Assembly (NCBI GenBank): GCA_963830915.1
Contig: CAWHOE010000001.1
Coordinates: 1 to 29,568 of the forward strand
Direction of reading: 5' to 3'
From: a candidate division FCPU426 bacterium
GTDB taxonomy: Bacteria > Oederibacteriota > Muellerivitia > Muellerivitales > Muellerivitaceae
DNA: 29,568 bases
Both the position numbers and the translations under genes were made by a program. Below, in pieces: positions 1 to 8,630 of this stretch (positions are counted from its first letter, which is position 1; each line of letters starts with the position of its first letter). The notes under the pieces were generated by a model. The model worked only from the letters and a program-made list of their open reading frames with translations, had not been told where the DNA came from and searched no databases.

Positions 1-656
1 AGACGGTCTCAGGGGAGCGTCTGCGTAACGAACTCAGGCTCATCTTCCAGGAACCCAGACCGGACCGGGCGGTCCTTCGCCTGGACCAGCTGGGGGTCTT
101 GCCCCGCATCCATCAAAAATTAGGTGTGACGGCCAAATCCAAGGCGATGTTGCCTCGGATCCCCAGGACCATCGCTTTTTTCAAAAGCCACAAGATATCC
201 TTGGAAGAGGAAAAGATGGTCTGGTTCCTGGCCCTGCTTTCATCCCCCAAAGAAAAAGAGGGAGAGGCTATCGCCAAGCGCCTAATGCTTTCCAAAGCCG
301 AGGCGAAGATCCTTTCTCAATCCATCAAAGTCACTCCCGTTCTCCTGGGAAAACTCAAGGGCAAGGATATGTCGGTCAGCCGGATGTACAAACTCCTTTG
401 TCCCTTGCGCCCCGAGGTCCAATGTTTCCTTACGGCCGAAGCTCCTTCTCCCTTAAGGGAAAGGATGGAGGCTTATTTATCCAAGGTCCAAAAATCGGTG
501 CCGTGGGTGAGGGGCCGAGACCTGCAGGCCATGGGCATCCCCCCGGGTTTCAAGTATTCCTTCATATTGCTGGAAGCCTTGAACGGCCAATTGGACGGGA
601 AATTCAAGCACCGCCGTCAAGCGCTTGATTGGGTGAGACGGTCCTTCGGGGCTTGA
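1..656 (+). CDS. CCA-adding enzyme / poly(A) polymerase family protein, C-terminal part (5' truncated by window)
   Basis: The frame is open from base 3 and reads TVSGERLRNELRLIFQE...LDQLGVL, the class II nucleotidyltransferase RNA-binding signature. The C-terminal VRGRDLQAMGIPPG motif is typical of CCA enzymes. Confidence 0.85.
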   Translation, partial: TVSGERLRNELRLIFQEPRPDRAVLRLDQLGVLPRIHQKLGVTAKSKAMLPRIPRTIAFFKSHKISLEEEKMVWFLALLSSPKEKEGEAIAKRLMLSKAEAKILSQSIKVTPVLLGKLKGKDMSVSRMYKLLCPLRPEVQCFLTAEAPSPLRERMEAYLSKVQKSVPWVRGRDLQAMGIPPGFKYSFILLEALNGQLDGKFKHRRQALDWVRRSFGA

Positions 657-661
657 ACCCG

Positions 662-690
662 TTGCGCCCCGGGTTGGAATCGGTTAAAGT
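662..690 (+). promoter_or_regulatory. Possible sigma70 promoter for the protease-trpS-scpA genes
   Basis: TTGCGC (662-667), 17-nt spacer, TAAAGT (685-690). Confidence 0.35.
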
Positions 691-714
691 TATGCCCCTA
701 AATAAATCCCGAAA

Positions 715-1410
715 GTGAGCAGGTCCACTATGGATGAAGCACGATTAGTCAACGCGCTCTTGCAGTTAGGCGTTTTGGTTTTCTCCCTTTGTCTTCACGA
801 GTTCGGTCACGCCCTGGCCGCCAATAAGCTGGGAGATCCGACCGCCAAAATGCTGGGTCGGCTGACCATCGATCCCCGGGCCCATGTCAGTCCCATCGGC
901 ACCCTACTTTTCCCCATGCTGATGTTTCTCTTCCCGGGCCTGCCTCTCCTGATTGGCTGGGCCAAACCCGTTCCCGTGACCATCGAGAATTTCAGGAATC
1001 CCCGCAGGGACATGTCCCTGGTGGCCATCGCTGGTCCCGCGGCCAACCTTTTTCTTGTTGCGCTATCCATCCTGGCGTTGAAAGTGATTCAAGTGACCCA
1101 GGATTTCCCCTTGGATTCGGGAATGATGGTTAGTGTGTGGAAAGTGCTGAAAAATTTCATGATGATCAATTTCTTCCTAGCTGCCTTCAACCTCATCCCC
1201 TTTCCGCCTTTGGACGGGGGCTGGCTCTTGAAGGCGGTCCTGCCGGGCAAATGGTCCTACCGAATCTCTCGGATAGAACCATATAGCTTGATTATTTTAT
1301 TTGTTTTGCTACAAACCAGAGTTCTCTATTACTTTTTTATCCCGGCTATCATGGTATTTTCGCTGGTTTTGAACGCCGTGGGTCTGCCCGATTCTTTTGG
1401 TATGATGTAG
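715..1410 (+). CDS. Site-2 protease family (M50) intramembrane zinc metalloprotease
   Basis: HEFGH zinc motif, AIAGPAANL, NLIPFPPLDGG motif and several hydrophobic segments. The start may be the ATG at 730. Confidence 0.95.
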   Translation: MSRSTMDEARLVNALLQLGVLVFSLCLHEFGHALAANKLGDPTAKMLGRLTIDPRAHVSPIGTLLFPMLMFLFPGLPLLIGWAKPVPVTIENFRNPRRDMSLVAIAGPAANLFLVALSILALKVIQVTQDFPLDSGMMVSVWKVLKNFMMINFFLAAFNLIPFPPLDGGWLLKAVLPGKWSYRISRIEPYSLIILFVLLQTRVLYYFFIPAIMVFSLVLNAVGLPDSFGMM

Positions 1411-1438
1411 GCCGTTCATTCCTTAATCGAGGTCCAGT

Positions 1439-2476
1439 GTGGCTCCAACCGAGAAAAAAATGACCCGTTTCCTTTCCGGGGTCCAGTCCAGCGGCAGGCT
1501 CCATCTGGGGAACTATTTCGGGGCCATCCGCAACCACATCAAGCTCCAGGACGAGGGGCAAAGCCTCTACTTCATCGCCAATTACCATGCCCTCACCACC
1601 GTCCAGGACGCCGAGCTATTGAAGAAATATACCTTCATGGTCGCCGCCGATTATCTGGCCCTGGGGCTGGATCCCCATAAGGCCATGTTGTTCCGCCAGA
1701 GCGACGTGCCCGAGGTGGCCGAACTGGCCTGGATCCTCGGCACCGTGACCGGCATGGGACTGTTGGAAAGGGCCCATTCCTATAAGGACAAGATCGCCCG
1801 GGGGATCGCTCCCAACGTGGGGTTGTTCTTCTATCCCGTTCTGATGGCCGCGGACATCCTCATCTACCAGAGCGACAAGGTGCCGGTGGGGCAGGACCAG
1901 GTCCAGCACATCGAGATGACCCGGGACATGGCCGGCTATTTCAATCACACCTTCAAGAAGGACGTCTTCAAACTGCCCGAGGCGGTCATGAGCGAGGCCC
2001 CCAAGGTGATCGGCCTGACCGGGGGCAAGATGAGCAAGAGCGACGAGGCCAGCGTCATCCCCATCTTCGGGGAATCTTCCGAGATCAAAAAGAAGATCAT
2101 GAGCATCGTGACCGATTCCAAGGGAGTTGATGAGCCCAAGGACCCGGACCAGAACGTCATCTACCTTCTTTACAAGCTGATGGCCAAGCCTGAGGAGACG
2201 GCCCAATTGGAGCAGGGATTCCGAAAAGGCGGCATGGGGTATGGCGACGCCAAGAAGCTCCTTCTGGCGAAATACGAGGAAGTTTTCGGGGGAGCGGTCA
2301 GGGAAAAACGAAAAAAGCTGGAACAGGACCAAGGTTTGGTGGAGGATGTGCTGGTGGAGAGCGCCCGCAAGGCCAGGACCATCGCCGCTTCGACCCTGGA
2401 GCAGGTCTATGAGGCCACCGGTATCCCCACCTCGAGGATCAAAAAAGAGATGCTCTCGAACACGGGGAAAGCATGA
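1439..2476 (+). CDS. trpS: Tryptophan--tRNA ligase
   Basis: [14 protein letters not shown] (HIGH-type), [34 protein letters not shown]. Confidence 0.98.
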   Translation: MAPTEKKMTRFLSGVQSSGRLHLGNYFGAIRNHIKLQDEGQSLYFIANYHALTTVQDAELLKKYTFMVAADYLALGLDPHKAMLFRQSDVPEVAELAWILGTVTGMGLLERAHSYKDKIARGIAPNVGLFFYPVLMAADILIYQSDKVPVGQDQVQHIEMTRDMAGYFNHTFKKDVFKLPEAVMSEAPKVIGLTGGKMSKSDEASVIPIFGESSEIKKKIMSIVTDSKGVDEPKDPDQNVIYLLYKLMAKPEETAQLEQGFRKGGMGYGDAKKLLLAKYEEVFGGAVREKRKKLEQDQGLVEDVLVESARKARTIAASTLEQVYEATGIPTSRIKKEMLSNTGKA

Positions 2477-3319
2477 GCGAAAACCAAGAACCGAACGTTC
2501 CTCCCGCAGAACCCCTTTCCATCACCCTTTCCAAGACCGCCACTTCTGTCATCATCCGGGAGATCCTTAATCCTGAGGACCAGAAGGCCACCTACCAGAT
2601 CACCTTGCCTTCCTTCGATGGCCCCATGGACCTGCTGCTTCACCTGATCAAGGAACACGAGCTGGACATCTATGACATCCCCATCTCCCTCATCACCAAG
2701 GAATACCTGGCCTATCTGGAGCTGATGAAGGCCCTGAACCTGGACGTGGCGGGGGACTTTCTGGTCATGGCGGCTACCTTGATGCAGATCAAGAGCCGGA
2801 TGCTCCTACCTATCGACCCCACTCCCGACCAGCCTGAGGAGGATCCCCGGCTGGAACTGATGCGCCGCCTGGTGGAATACAAGAAATTCAAGGACGCGGG
2901 CCGACCAATTGCTTGACCTGGAAAAGAAACGCCACCATCTCCTTCCCCGAACCATCTCGGGGGATTTCAAGGAAGGCAGTGAGGAGGAGCATTTGGAGGA
3001 AGTGACTTTGTTCGGCCTGCTGGCGGCCTTCAAGGACGTGCTCATCCACACCCAGGAAGATGTCACCGCCGAATTGACCAGGCCTGAGATAACTGTCAGC
3101 CAGAAGATCAACGACCTGATGGACATGCTCCAGGGCAGTCCCCGGGTGGTGTTCCGTCCTTTCATCGAGGCCTGTCGAACCAAGATCGAGAAGATCGTGG
3201 CCCTGCTGGCCCTGCTGGAGCTGGTCCGCCTCAAATTGGTGAAAGTGGTCCAACACAAGGTTTTCGGCGAGATCGAGGTCATCCTGGTCCAGTCCGAGAT
3301 ACCCCCCGAAGCCAATTAA
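2473..3319 (+). CDS. scpA: Segregation and condensation protein A, split by a +1 frameshift near 2898-2900 (probable sequencing error)
   Basis: [37 protein letters not shown] and [14 protein letters not shown]; the second ORF carries the C-terminal LALLELVR...Q...FGEI motif. Removing one G gives [11 protein letters not shown]. scpB is adjacent. Confidence 0.93.
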
Positions 3320-3333
3320 ACTTAAAATTTTTC

Positions 3334-3425
3334 ACCACCAAGGCACGAAGACACCAAGAGAATCTTTAACAAACTAAACCAAAATACTCTTCTTTATTAT
3401 TCTTGTGCCTTGGTGTCTTGGTGGT
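3334..3425. repeat. Intergenic palindromic element with 8-nt CACCAAG(G/A) units
   Basis: ACCACCAAGGCACGAAGACACCAAG, AT-rich loop, then CTTGTGCCTTGGTGTCTTGGTGGT. Near-identical arms occur at 21347-21469. Confidence 0.85.
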
Positions 3426-3567
3426 TAAAGGGGTTTTGGCCTTAAGTTTTTTGTGCGGGGGACGGGAAACCACCGCTGATTTATTGTAGAATGCATCCCC
3501 CTGAGCCGATCCCGATTACGGGCCATCCGGCGGGATCCAGCGTCATATCCGAAGGAGAGTCTCTTTA

Positions 3568-4284
3568 ATGGAAATGCAACAACTCAAAAAAGTCCTGGAA
3601 AGCTTACTGTTCGTCAGCGAGACCCCCTTAGCCGTTAAGCGGGTGGCTTCCATGGTGAAGGACACGTCGGCGGAAGAAGTCGAGCAGGCCTTCCGTGAGC
3701 TCAAGGACGAGATCAACGGCATGGACCGCAGTTTCCAGGTCTCCGAGATCGGCGAGGGATACCAACTGGTGACCCGTCCCGAGTACCATCGCTGGGCCAA
3801 GGAACTCTACAAGGTCATCTCCAAGACCCGCCTCTCCAAGGCGGCCCTGGAGGCCCTGGCCATCATCGCCTACAAACAGCCCGTCACCCGGGCGGAGGTC
3901 GAGGCCATCCGCGGGGTCGAGGTCAGCAATCTCATCCAGTCCTTATTGGAAAAGAAGATGATCCGCATATTAGGCCGGGCCGAGACTCCGGGCCGACCGC
4001 TCCTCTACGCGACCACCCATGAGTTCCTCATCCACTTCGGCCTGAAGGACCTTTCGGATCTGCCGAAGGTGTCCGAGATACAGGAATTGGCAGGGGACAG
4101 GCCTTCTCCCGGTTTCCTAAAAGAGATGGAAGGGGAATTGCGCCGCCGTGAATCCAAGCTGGGATTATCCGCCCTGGAACCCCAGGATGAGATCACGACG
4201 GTCGAATCCACGCCTATTGAAACCCCGGAAAGCCCAAGTGAAGCCAGCCCTTCCGCCGATGCCGTGCCTGAAAACAACGGTTAA
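3568..4284 (+). CDS. scpB: SMC-Scp complex subunit ScpB
   Basis: ESLLFVS, GYQLVTRPE, RLSKAALEALAIIAYKQPVTRAEVEAIRGV, GRPLLYATT..FL..FGL..L.DLP. Confidence 0.97.
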   Translation: MEMQQLKKVLESLLFVSETPLAVKRVASMVKDTSAEEVEQAFRELKDEINGMDRSFQVSEIGEGYQLVTRPEYHRWAKELYKVISKTRLSKAALEALAIIAYKQPVTRAEVEAIRGVEVSNLIQSLLEKKMIRILGRAETPGRPLLYATTHEFLIHFGLKDLSDLPKVSEIQELAGDRPSPGFLKEMEGELRRRESKLGLSALEPQDEITTVESTPIETPESPSEASPSADAVPENNG

Positions 4285-4294
4285 ACCGAAGCAT

Positions 4295-4323
4295 TTGACA
4301 CCCTAAAAACGCTTGTTTATAGT
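4295..4323 (+). promoter_or_regulatory. Sigma70-type promoter of the cyclase gene
   Basis: TTGACA (4295-4300), 17-nt spacer, TATAGT (4318-4323); an AAGGGGAG Shine-Dalgarno precedes the TTG at 4364. Confidence 0.7.
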
Positions 4324-4363
4324 AACTCGGGTCAACATTTCAACTCCGTAAGGGGAGTCCGCC

Positions 4364-6013
4364 TTGGCTGAAAAATCGCCTCCAGTCCCCGCGTCACCCA
4401 TCAAGAAAAAGACCCTGAAGCGCCATCTTTTCTCCCTTCGCGTCAAGTTCATACTGGTCCTGACTTTCCTCATTTGCGTCCTGATGGGCGTGGTGACCTG
4501 GCTGGTCCTGGACCAGACCCGGCAGACCCTCACTCAACAGGTCATCGACCGTGGGGAATCCCAGGTCCGAAGCCTGGCGCTTAACAGTGAAGACCCCTTG
4601 CTAAAACTTCTGTCCGAGGCGGCCACCCAACAAGGGGGAGCCATGGGAGGGGATGTGGACCTGGGACTCATGCAGTTGGTCCGGGATACCATGAAACTGG
4701 AAAGCACGGCGGCGGTCCGCAACATCTCCTCTGGCTTGGCGCCGTGGCAGGAAAAATTGCTGGAAAGCAGCAACGTCCTGAATGTCATGGCCCAGAAATA
4801 CCTCTGGCCCAATGATACGGGGGTCGACCAGGGCGATATGGAATACGCCTTCATCCTGGACAATAACAATAAATTCGTGGCCTACATGGACAAGGACGCC
4901 GGGGCCCATCCGGAACAGAGCATGCGTAAAGTCATGGAACACGAGACCTATTCGGCGCCCTCCGGCCTCAAACCCATCGGTGAGGAATCGACCCTGACCC
5001 AAAGCTATCAAGGGGATCATGACCGGACCCTTTACGATATCTCGGCCACCGTCCGGGAAAATGTCCAGGGCCATAAGATCGGCGAGGTCCATATCGGGAT
5101 GAACCAGAACACCATTACCCGGGTCGTTCGTTACGTGGGGGTGGCCATCATCCTGACCACCGTGGCCATCCTTTTGGCCGGCATCATCTTCATGACCCTT
5201 TTCGTCACCATCATGATCAAGCCCATCCGCCTGCTGGTGAACGGCGTGAGCGCCATCGCGGCTGGCAATTTCGACCAGAAGATCAACATCAAGCGCTCGG
5301 ATGAGCTGGGCGACCTGACCGACGCTTTCAACGACATGGCCAAATCCCTGAGGGAAAAAGAGGTCATCAAGGGCGCCTTCTCCAAATACGTCACCAAGAG
5401 CGTGGTGGACCGCATCCTGGAGCACCAGGACGGCCTGAAGCTGGGGGGCGAGAAAAAGACCATCACTATCTTCTTTTCCGATATCCGGGGGTTCACCCCC
5501 ATGTCCGAGGTCCTGAGCGCGGAAGAGGTCGTCCATATCCTCAACGAGTATTTCACCGCCATGACCACCATCATCTTCAAGTACGAGGGAACGCTGGATA
5601 AGTTCATGGGCGACGCCATCATGGCCGTCTTCGGGGCTCCCATCGAGATGGCGGACCACGCCGAGAGGGCGGTGTTGGCGGCCATCGAGATGAGCGAGAA
5701 AATGAAGCAACTGCAGGCCAAGTGGAAATCCGAGGGCAAGAAGGAAGTGAATATCGGCATCGGCATCAACACCGGCGAGGCGGTCGTGGGCAATATCGGT
5801 TCCAACGAGCGGATGGAATACACGGCCATCGGCGATAACGTGAACCTGACCCAGAGACTGGAATCGGTGGCGGAAAAGGGCCAGATCCTCATTTCCTCCG
5901 CGACCTATGAAAGGGTCAAACACAAGGTGATCGCCAATATGCTCGATCCTATCAAAGTGAAGGGAAAGACCGAAAAAGTCATCGCCTACAGCGTCCAGGG
6001 ATTAAGGACCTAA
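4364..6013 (+). CDS. Membrane-bound class III adenylate cyclase (TM-sensor-TM-HAMP-cyclase)
   Basis: Two hydrophobic segments, HAMP motif (DELGDLTDAFNDM), FSDIRGFT, LDKFMGDAIMA, GEAVVGNIGS..RMEYTAIGDNVNLTQRLE, VKGK. Confidence 0.95.
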   Translation: MAEKSPPVPASPIKKKTLKRHLFSLRVKFILVLTFLICVLMGVVTWLVLDQTRQTLTQQVIDRGESQVRSLALNSEDPLLKLLSEAATQQGGAMGGDVDLGLMQLVRDTMKLESTAAVRNISSGLAPWQEKLLESSNVLNVMAQKYLWPNDTGVDQGDMEYAFILDNNNKFVAYMDKDAGAHPEQSMRKVMEHETYSAPSGLKPIGEESTLTQSYQGDHDRTLYDISATVRENVQGHKIGEVHIGMNQNTITRVVRYVGVAIILTTVAILLAGIIFMTLFVTIMIKPIRLLVNGVSAIAAGNFDQKINIKRSDELGDLTDAFNDMAKSLREKEVIKGAFSKYVTKSVVDRILEHQDGLKLGGEKKTITIFFSDIRGFTPMSEVLSAEEVVHILNEYFTAMTTIIFKYEGTLDKFMGDAIMAVFGAPIEMADHAERAVLAAIEMSEKMKQLQAKWKSEGKKEVNIGIGINTGEAVVGNIGSNERMEYTAIGDNVNLTQRLESVAEKGQILISSATYERVKHKVIANMLDPIKVKGKTEKVIAYSVQGLRT

Positions 6014-6191
6014 TAAGCCTTATTTTCCTCCCCTCTATTTTTCCAATAAGTTTATGGCTTAATATGTTCTTATTGTTATATCGGTTCGATATCGCGGGCT
6101 ACCCATTAGAAAAAGACCAAAATGGAGACTGCTCCCCAAAGATCCCAAAGGGATCGTGGGGTCACCTTAAATCGCATGGATAGGCAGGGAA

Positions 6192-7451
6192 ATGTCAGAC
6201 GATAAAACGATGATGGTCAAGATGGCGTTCCTCTATGTCCAAAGCGGGGAATGGTACAAGGCCATCGAGGAATACAAAAAACTCCTCGCGTTGGACCCGG
6301 AGGACGCCCATGTCTTGAACATGATGGGCGACGCCTACGCCAAGAAAAAGGACGACGCGGACGCCTTCACGGCCTACCAGAAAGCCAAGATCCTTTACGA
6401 AAAGCTGGATCAGCCCAACAAGATCACCCAGATCGACCGCAAGATCGCCAAGCTCTCCTCGGACAAGATGGATCCAGGCCAAAAGAAGCTCCACCTTTCC
6501 ATTTGCAAGTCCCAGGAGGCGGAAGTGATGGCCGCCGAGGGCCGCCTGGACGACGCAATCGCGCGCTACCTGGAACTCATCGAGGCCGAACCCATCAATT
6601 TTTCCTACCGCGATAAACTGGCCCATCTTTACCTGGAGAACGCCATGGTGACGGAGGCGGCGGCCCAGTTGAAGGCCATCGCCGATATTCATCTGGAGGA
6701 AGGCCGGGTCGAACTGGCCCAAAAATACGCGACCAAGATCGCCTCCGTGGACCCGGAAGGCATGGAGACCCTCCAGCTCATGGCCAATCTGTCCCAGAAG
6801 AAAGGGGACAGCGGTGAGGTTTCCCAGAATTACGCCAAACTGGCCCAATCGGCGTTCGACGCGGGCCGTTATGAGGAGGCCAAAAGCGCGCTGGACACCG
6901 CCATCCAGGCCGGCCACCAGGAGCTGAAGCCCCTCTACGCCAAGACCCTGCTCGCCCTGAAACGACCGGCGGAAGCCAGACCCATCCTGGAAGAACTGCT
7001 TTCCGCGAGCCCCAACGATGACGCCCTGTTGGAACAGCTCCTTTCCCTTTGCGAGGAGACCAAGGATTGGCCGTCCGCCCATCAGCACATCCAGACCCTA
7101 TTGACCGTCCGAACGAACGATCCCAAACTCCAGCCTCGTCTGGCCCGCATCCTTATCCAGGTGAACCGGCGTCCCGAGGCCGTCCAGATCTACCAGTCCC
7201 TGGCCGCGGCCGCCCTGGCCGAGAGCAAACCGGAGGTCGCTTTCAGCTATTTCGATTCCATCCTGGCCCTGGAACCGGACAACCTGGATGTTCTCAAGAA
7301 GAAAGCTGAGATGTACCTGAAGATGGGCAAGAAACAGGAGGTCATGGACGCTTATAAGAGGATCCAGGCCGTTTATCTGCAGAAGAACATGGCTGACGAG
7401 GCGAAAAAAGTAGGGGTCATCCTTACCCGCCTGGCCGGTTTGAAAGGCTGA
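6192..7451 (+). CDS. Tetratricopeptide repeat protein
   Basis: Repeated helical TPR patterns (AIEEYKKLLALDPED, AIARYLELIEAEP, YFDSILALEPDN); no signal peptide. Confidence 0.88.
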   Translation: MSDDKTMMVKMAFLYVQSGEWYKAIEEYKKLLALDPEDAHVLNMMGDAYAKKKDDADAFTAYQKAKILYEKLDQPNKITQIDRKIAKLSSDKMDPGQKKLHLSICKSQEAEVMAAEGRLDDAIARYLELIEAEPINFSYRDKLAHLYLENAMVTEAAAQLKAIADIHLEEGRVELAQKYATKIASVDPEGMETLQLMANLSQKKGDSGEVSQNYAKLAQSAFDAGRYEEAKSALDTAIQAGHQELKPLYAKTLLALKRPAEARPILEELLSASPNDDALLEQLLSLCEETKDWPSAHQHIQTLLTVRTNDPKLQPRLARILIQVNRRPEAVQIYQSLAAAALAESKPEVAFSYFDSILALEPDNLDVLKKKAEMYLKMGKKQEVMDAYKRIQAVYLQKNMADEAKKVGVILTRLAGLKG

Positions 7452-7455
7452 GGCC

Positions 7456-7746
7456 GTGGAACGATACGCTCCCCCTGAGCATCGCCGCAATTACGACGTG
7501 GACTGCCTGAGGTGCGGTGTCAGGAATATCCCGGAGAACAAGGTGTGCGGTCATTGCGGGGCCAGTCTGCCCCTGGTTTACGATTCGGAAGGCAAGGTCT
7601 TCGATCCCCGGGACCTGAGCCAACGATGGGAAGCGGTCCAAAAGGGGTCGCGCCCCAGGATGTCCCCCCAGGCGACCGGTTGGATACTGAGGATGGGGGT
7701 CATTCTTTTCGCCATCTTGATGGCCATTTGGATCATGCACCGCTGA
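7456..7746 (+). CDS. Small zinc-ribbon protein with C-terminal transmembrane helix
   Basis: CLRCG-x9-CGHCGASL and a hydrophobic C-terminus; GTG start 4 nt after the TPR gene stop. Confidence 0.75.
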   Translation: MERYAPPEHRRNYDVDCLRCGVRNIPENKVCGHCGASLPLVYDSEGKVFDPRDLSQRWEAVQKGSRPRMSPQATGWILRMGVILFAILMAIWIMHR

Positions 7747-7804
7747 ACTGTTTTAAACTGCGGAACAACCTTTTGATGAACGGAAAAAGGCCGAATCAAT
7801 ACTT

Positions 7805-7976
7805 AGCCACCGATGCCTCACATTTCGATGAACATAGAATGAATGTGAGACTATACCACTCTCCATATTGTTGTTTAATTGAAGAGTGGCATGAAAACCG
7901 ATAAACACCGATTAGGATTGAGAGAAGAACCGAGAATTTAGATTCCATCTGTGTTCATCTGTGTCCATCTGTGGTT
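7805..7976. repeat. Intergenic palindromic element with 10-nt CAC(A/C)GAT units, left arm interrupted
   Basis: Right arm CATCTGTGTTCATCTGTGTCCATCTGTGGTT (7946-7976); left arm GCCACCGATG [insert] AAAACCGATAAACACCGAT. Confidence 0.7.
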
Positions 7977-8008
7977 AAATAATTTCGTTGTTCTATTAAG
8001 GATTTGAA

Positions 8009-8587
8009 ATGAAAAAAAGAGTTTGTATCTTCATCGACGGCAATAACTTCTACTTTGCCCTGAAGCGCAATCAATGCCCGACCCGGGTGGATTATCACGC
8101 CCTTTCCAAGACCCTGACCGGTGAGGACCGGGAATTGGTCCGTACCTACTACTACAACGCCGCCTATGACGCCCTGGCTTATCCGGAAAAGTTCAAGCTG
8201 CAACAGCCCTTCTTGGATTCCCTCACCCACACCCCTTACCTGGAAATGAAACTGGGCAAGCTGGTGGCGGGTAAGGACGGCAACTTCATCGAACGGGGAG
8301 TGGCGGTCCAATTGGCGGGGGATATGGTCTATTACGCGGCCCAAAACCATTACGACACGGCCATCCTCATTTCCGAGAACACCGATTTCGCCCAGGTCAT
8401 CAAACTGGTCACCGAGATGGGGAAGGACGTGGAGATCGCCCTTTTCCCGGATAACAAACCCATGGAATTGATCGAGGCGGCCGATCGTACCTTGGAACTG
8501 GAGGATGTCATCCTCAAGAACACCAACCAATTGTTCCCGTCGGTCGAGGATGATAATGACAACCGGGGCAACCTGAAAAAAAGATAG
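8009..8587 (+). CDS. NYN domain (LabA/DUF88, PIN-like) protein
   Basis: RVCIFIDGNNFY, RTYYY, ERGVAVQLAGDM, YDTAILISENTDF, GKDVEI, LIEAAD. Confidence 0.88.
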   Translation: MKKRVCIFIDGNNFYFALKRNQCPTRVDYHALSKTLTGEDRELVRTYYYNAAYDALAYPEKFKLQQPFLDSLTHTPYLEMKLGKLVAGKDGNFIERGVAVQLAGDMVYYAAQNHYDTAILISENTDFAQVIKLVTEMGKDVEIALFPDNKPMELIEAADRTLELEDVILKNTNQLFPSVEDDNDNRGNLKKR

Positions 8588-8630
8588 ATCCCCCCCGAAA
8601 AATGGCCTGACTGACCGGACCTAGGTCGGG

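Noticed and set aside
2880..2920. Programmed frameshifting or pseudogene status for scpA and mutS
   Set aside because: No slippery heptamer is evident, motifs are intact on both sides, and similar indels are scattered across unrelated genes.
715..4284. Site-2 protease-trpS-scpA-scpB cluster as a novel system
   Set aside because: This is a familiar housekeeping gene order in many bacteria.
4601..5923. Long antisense ORFs (here and opposite trpS, the TPR genes and the giant gene)
   Set aside because: Shadow frames expected from GC-rich codon bias; the opposite strand carries the recognisable genes.
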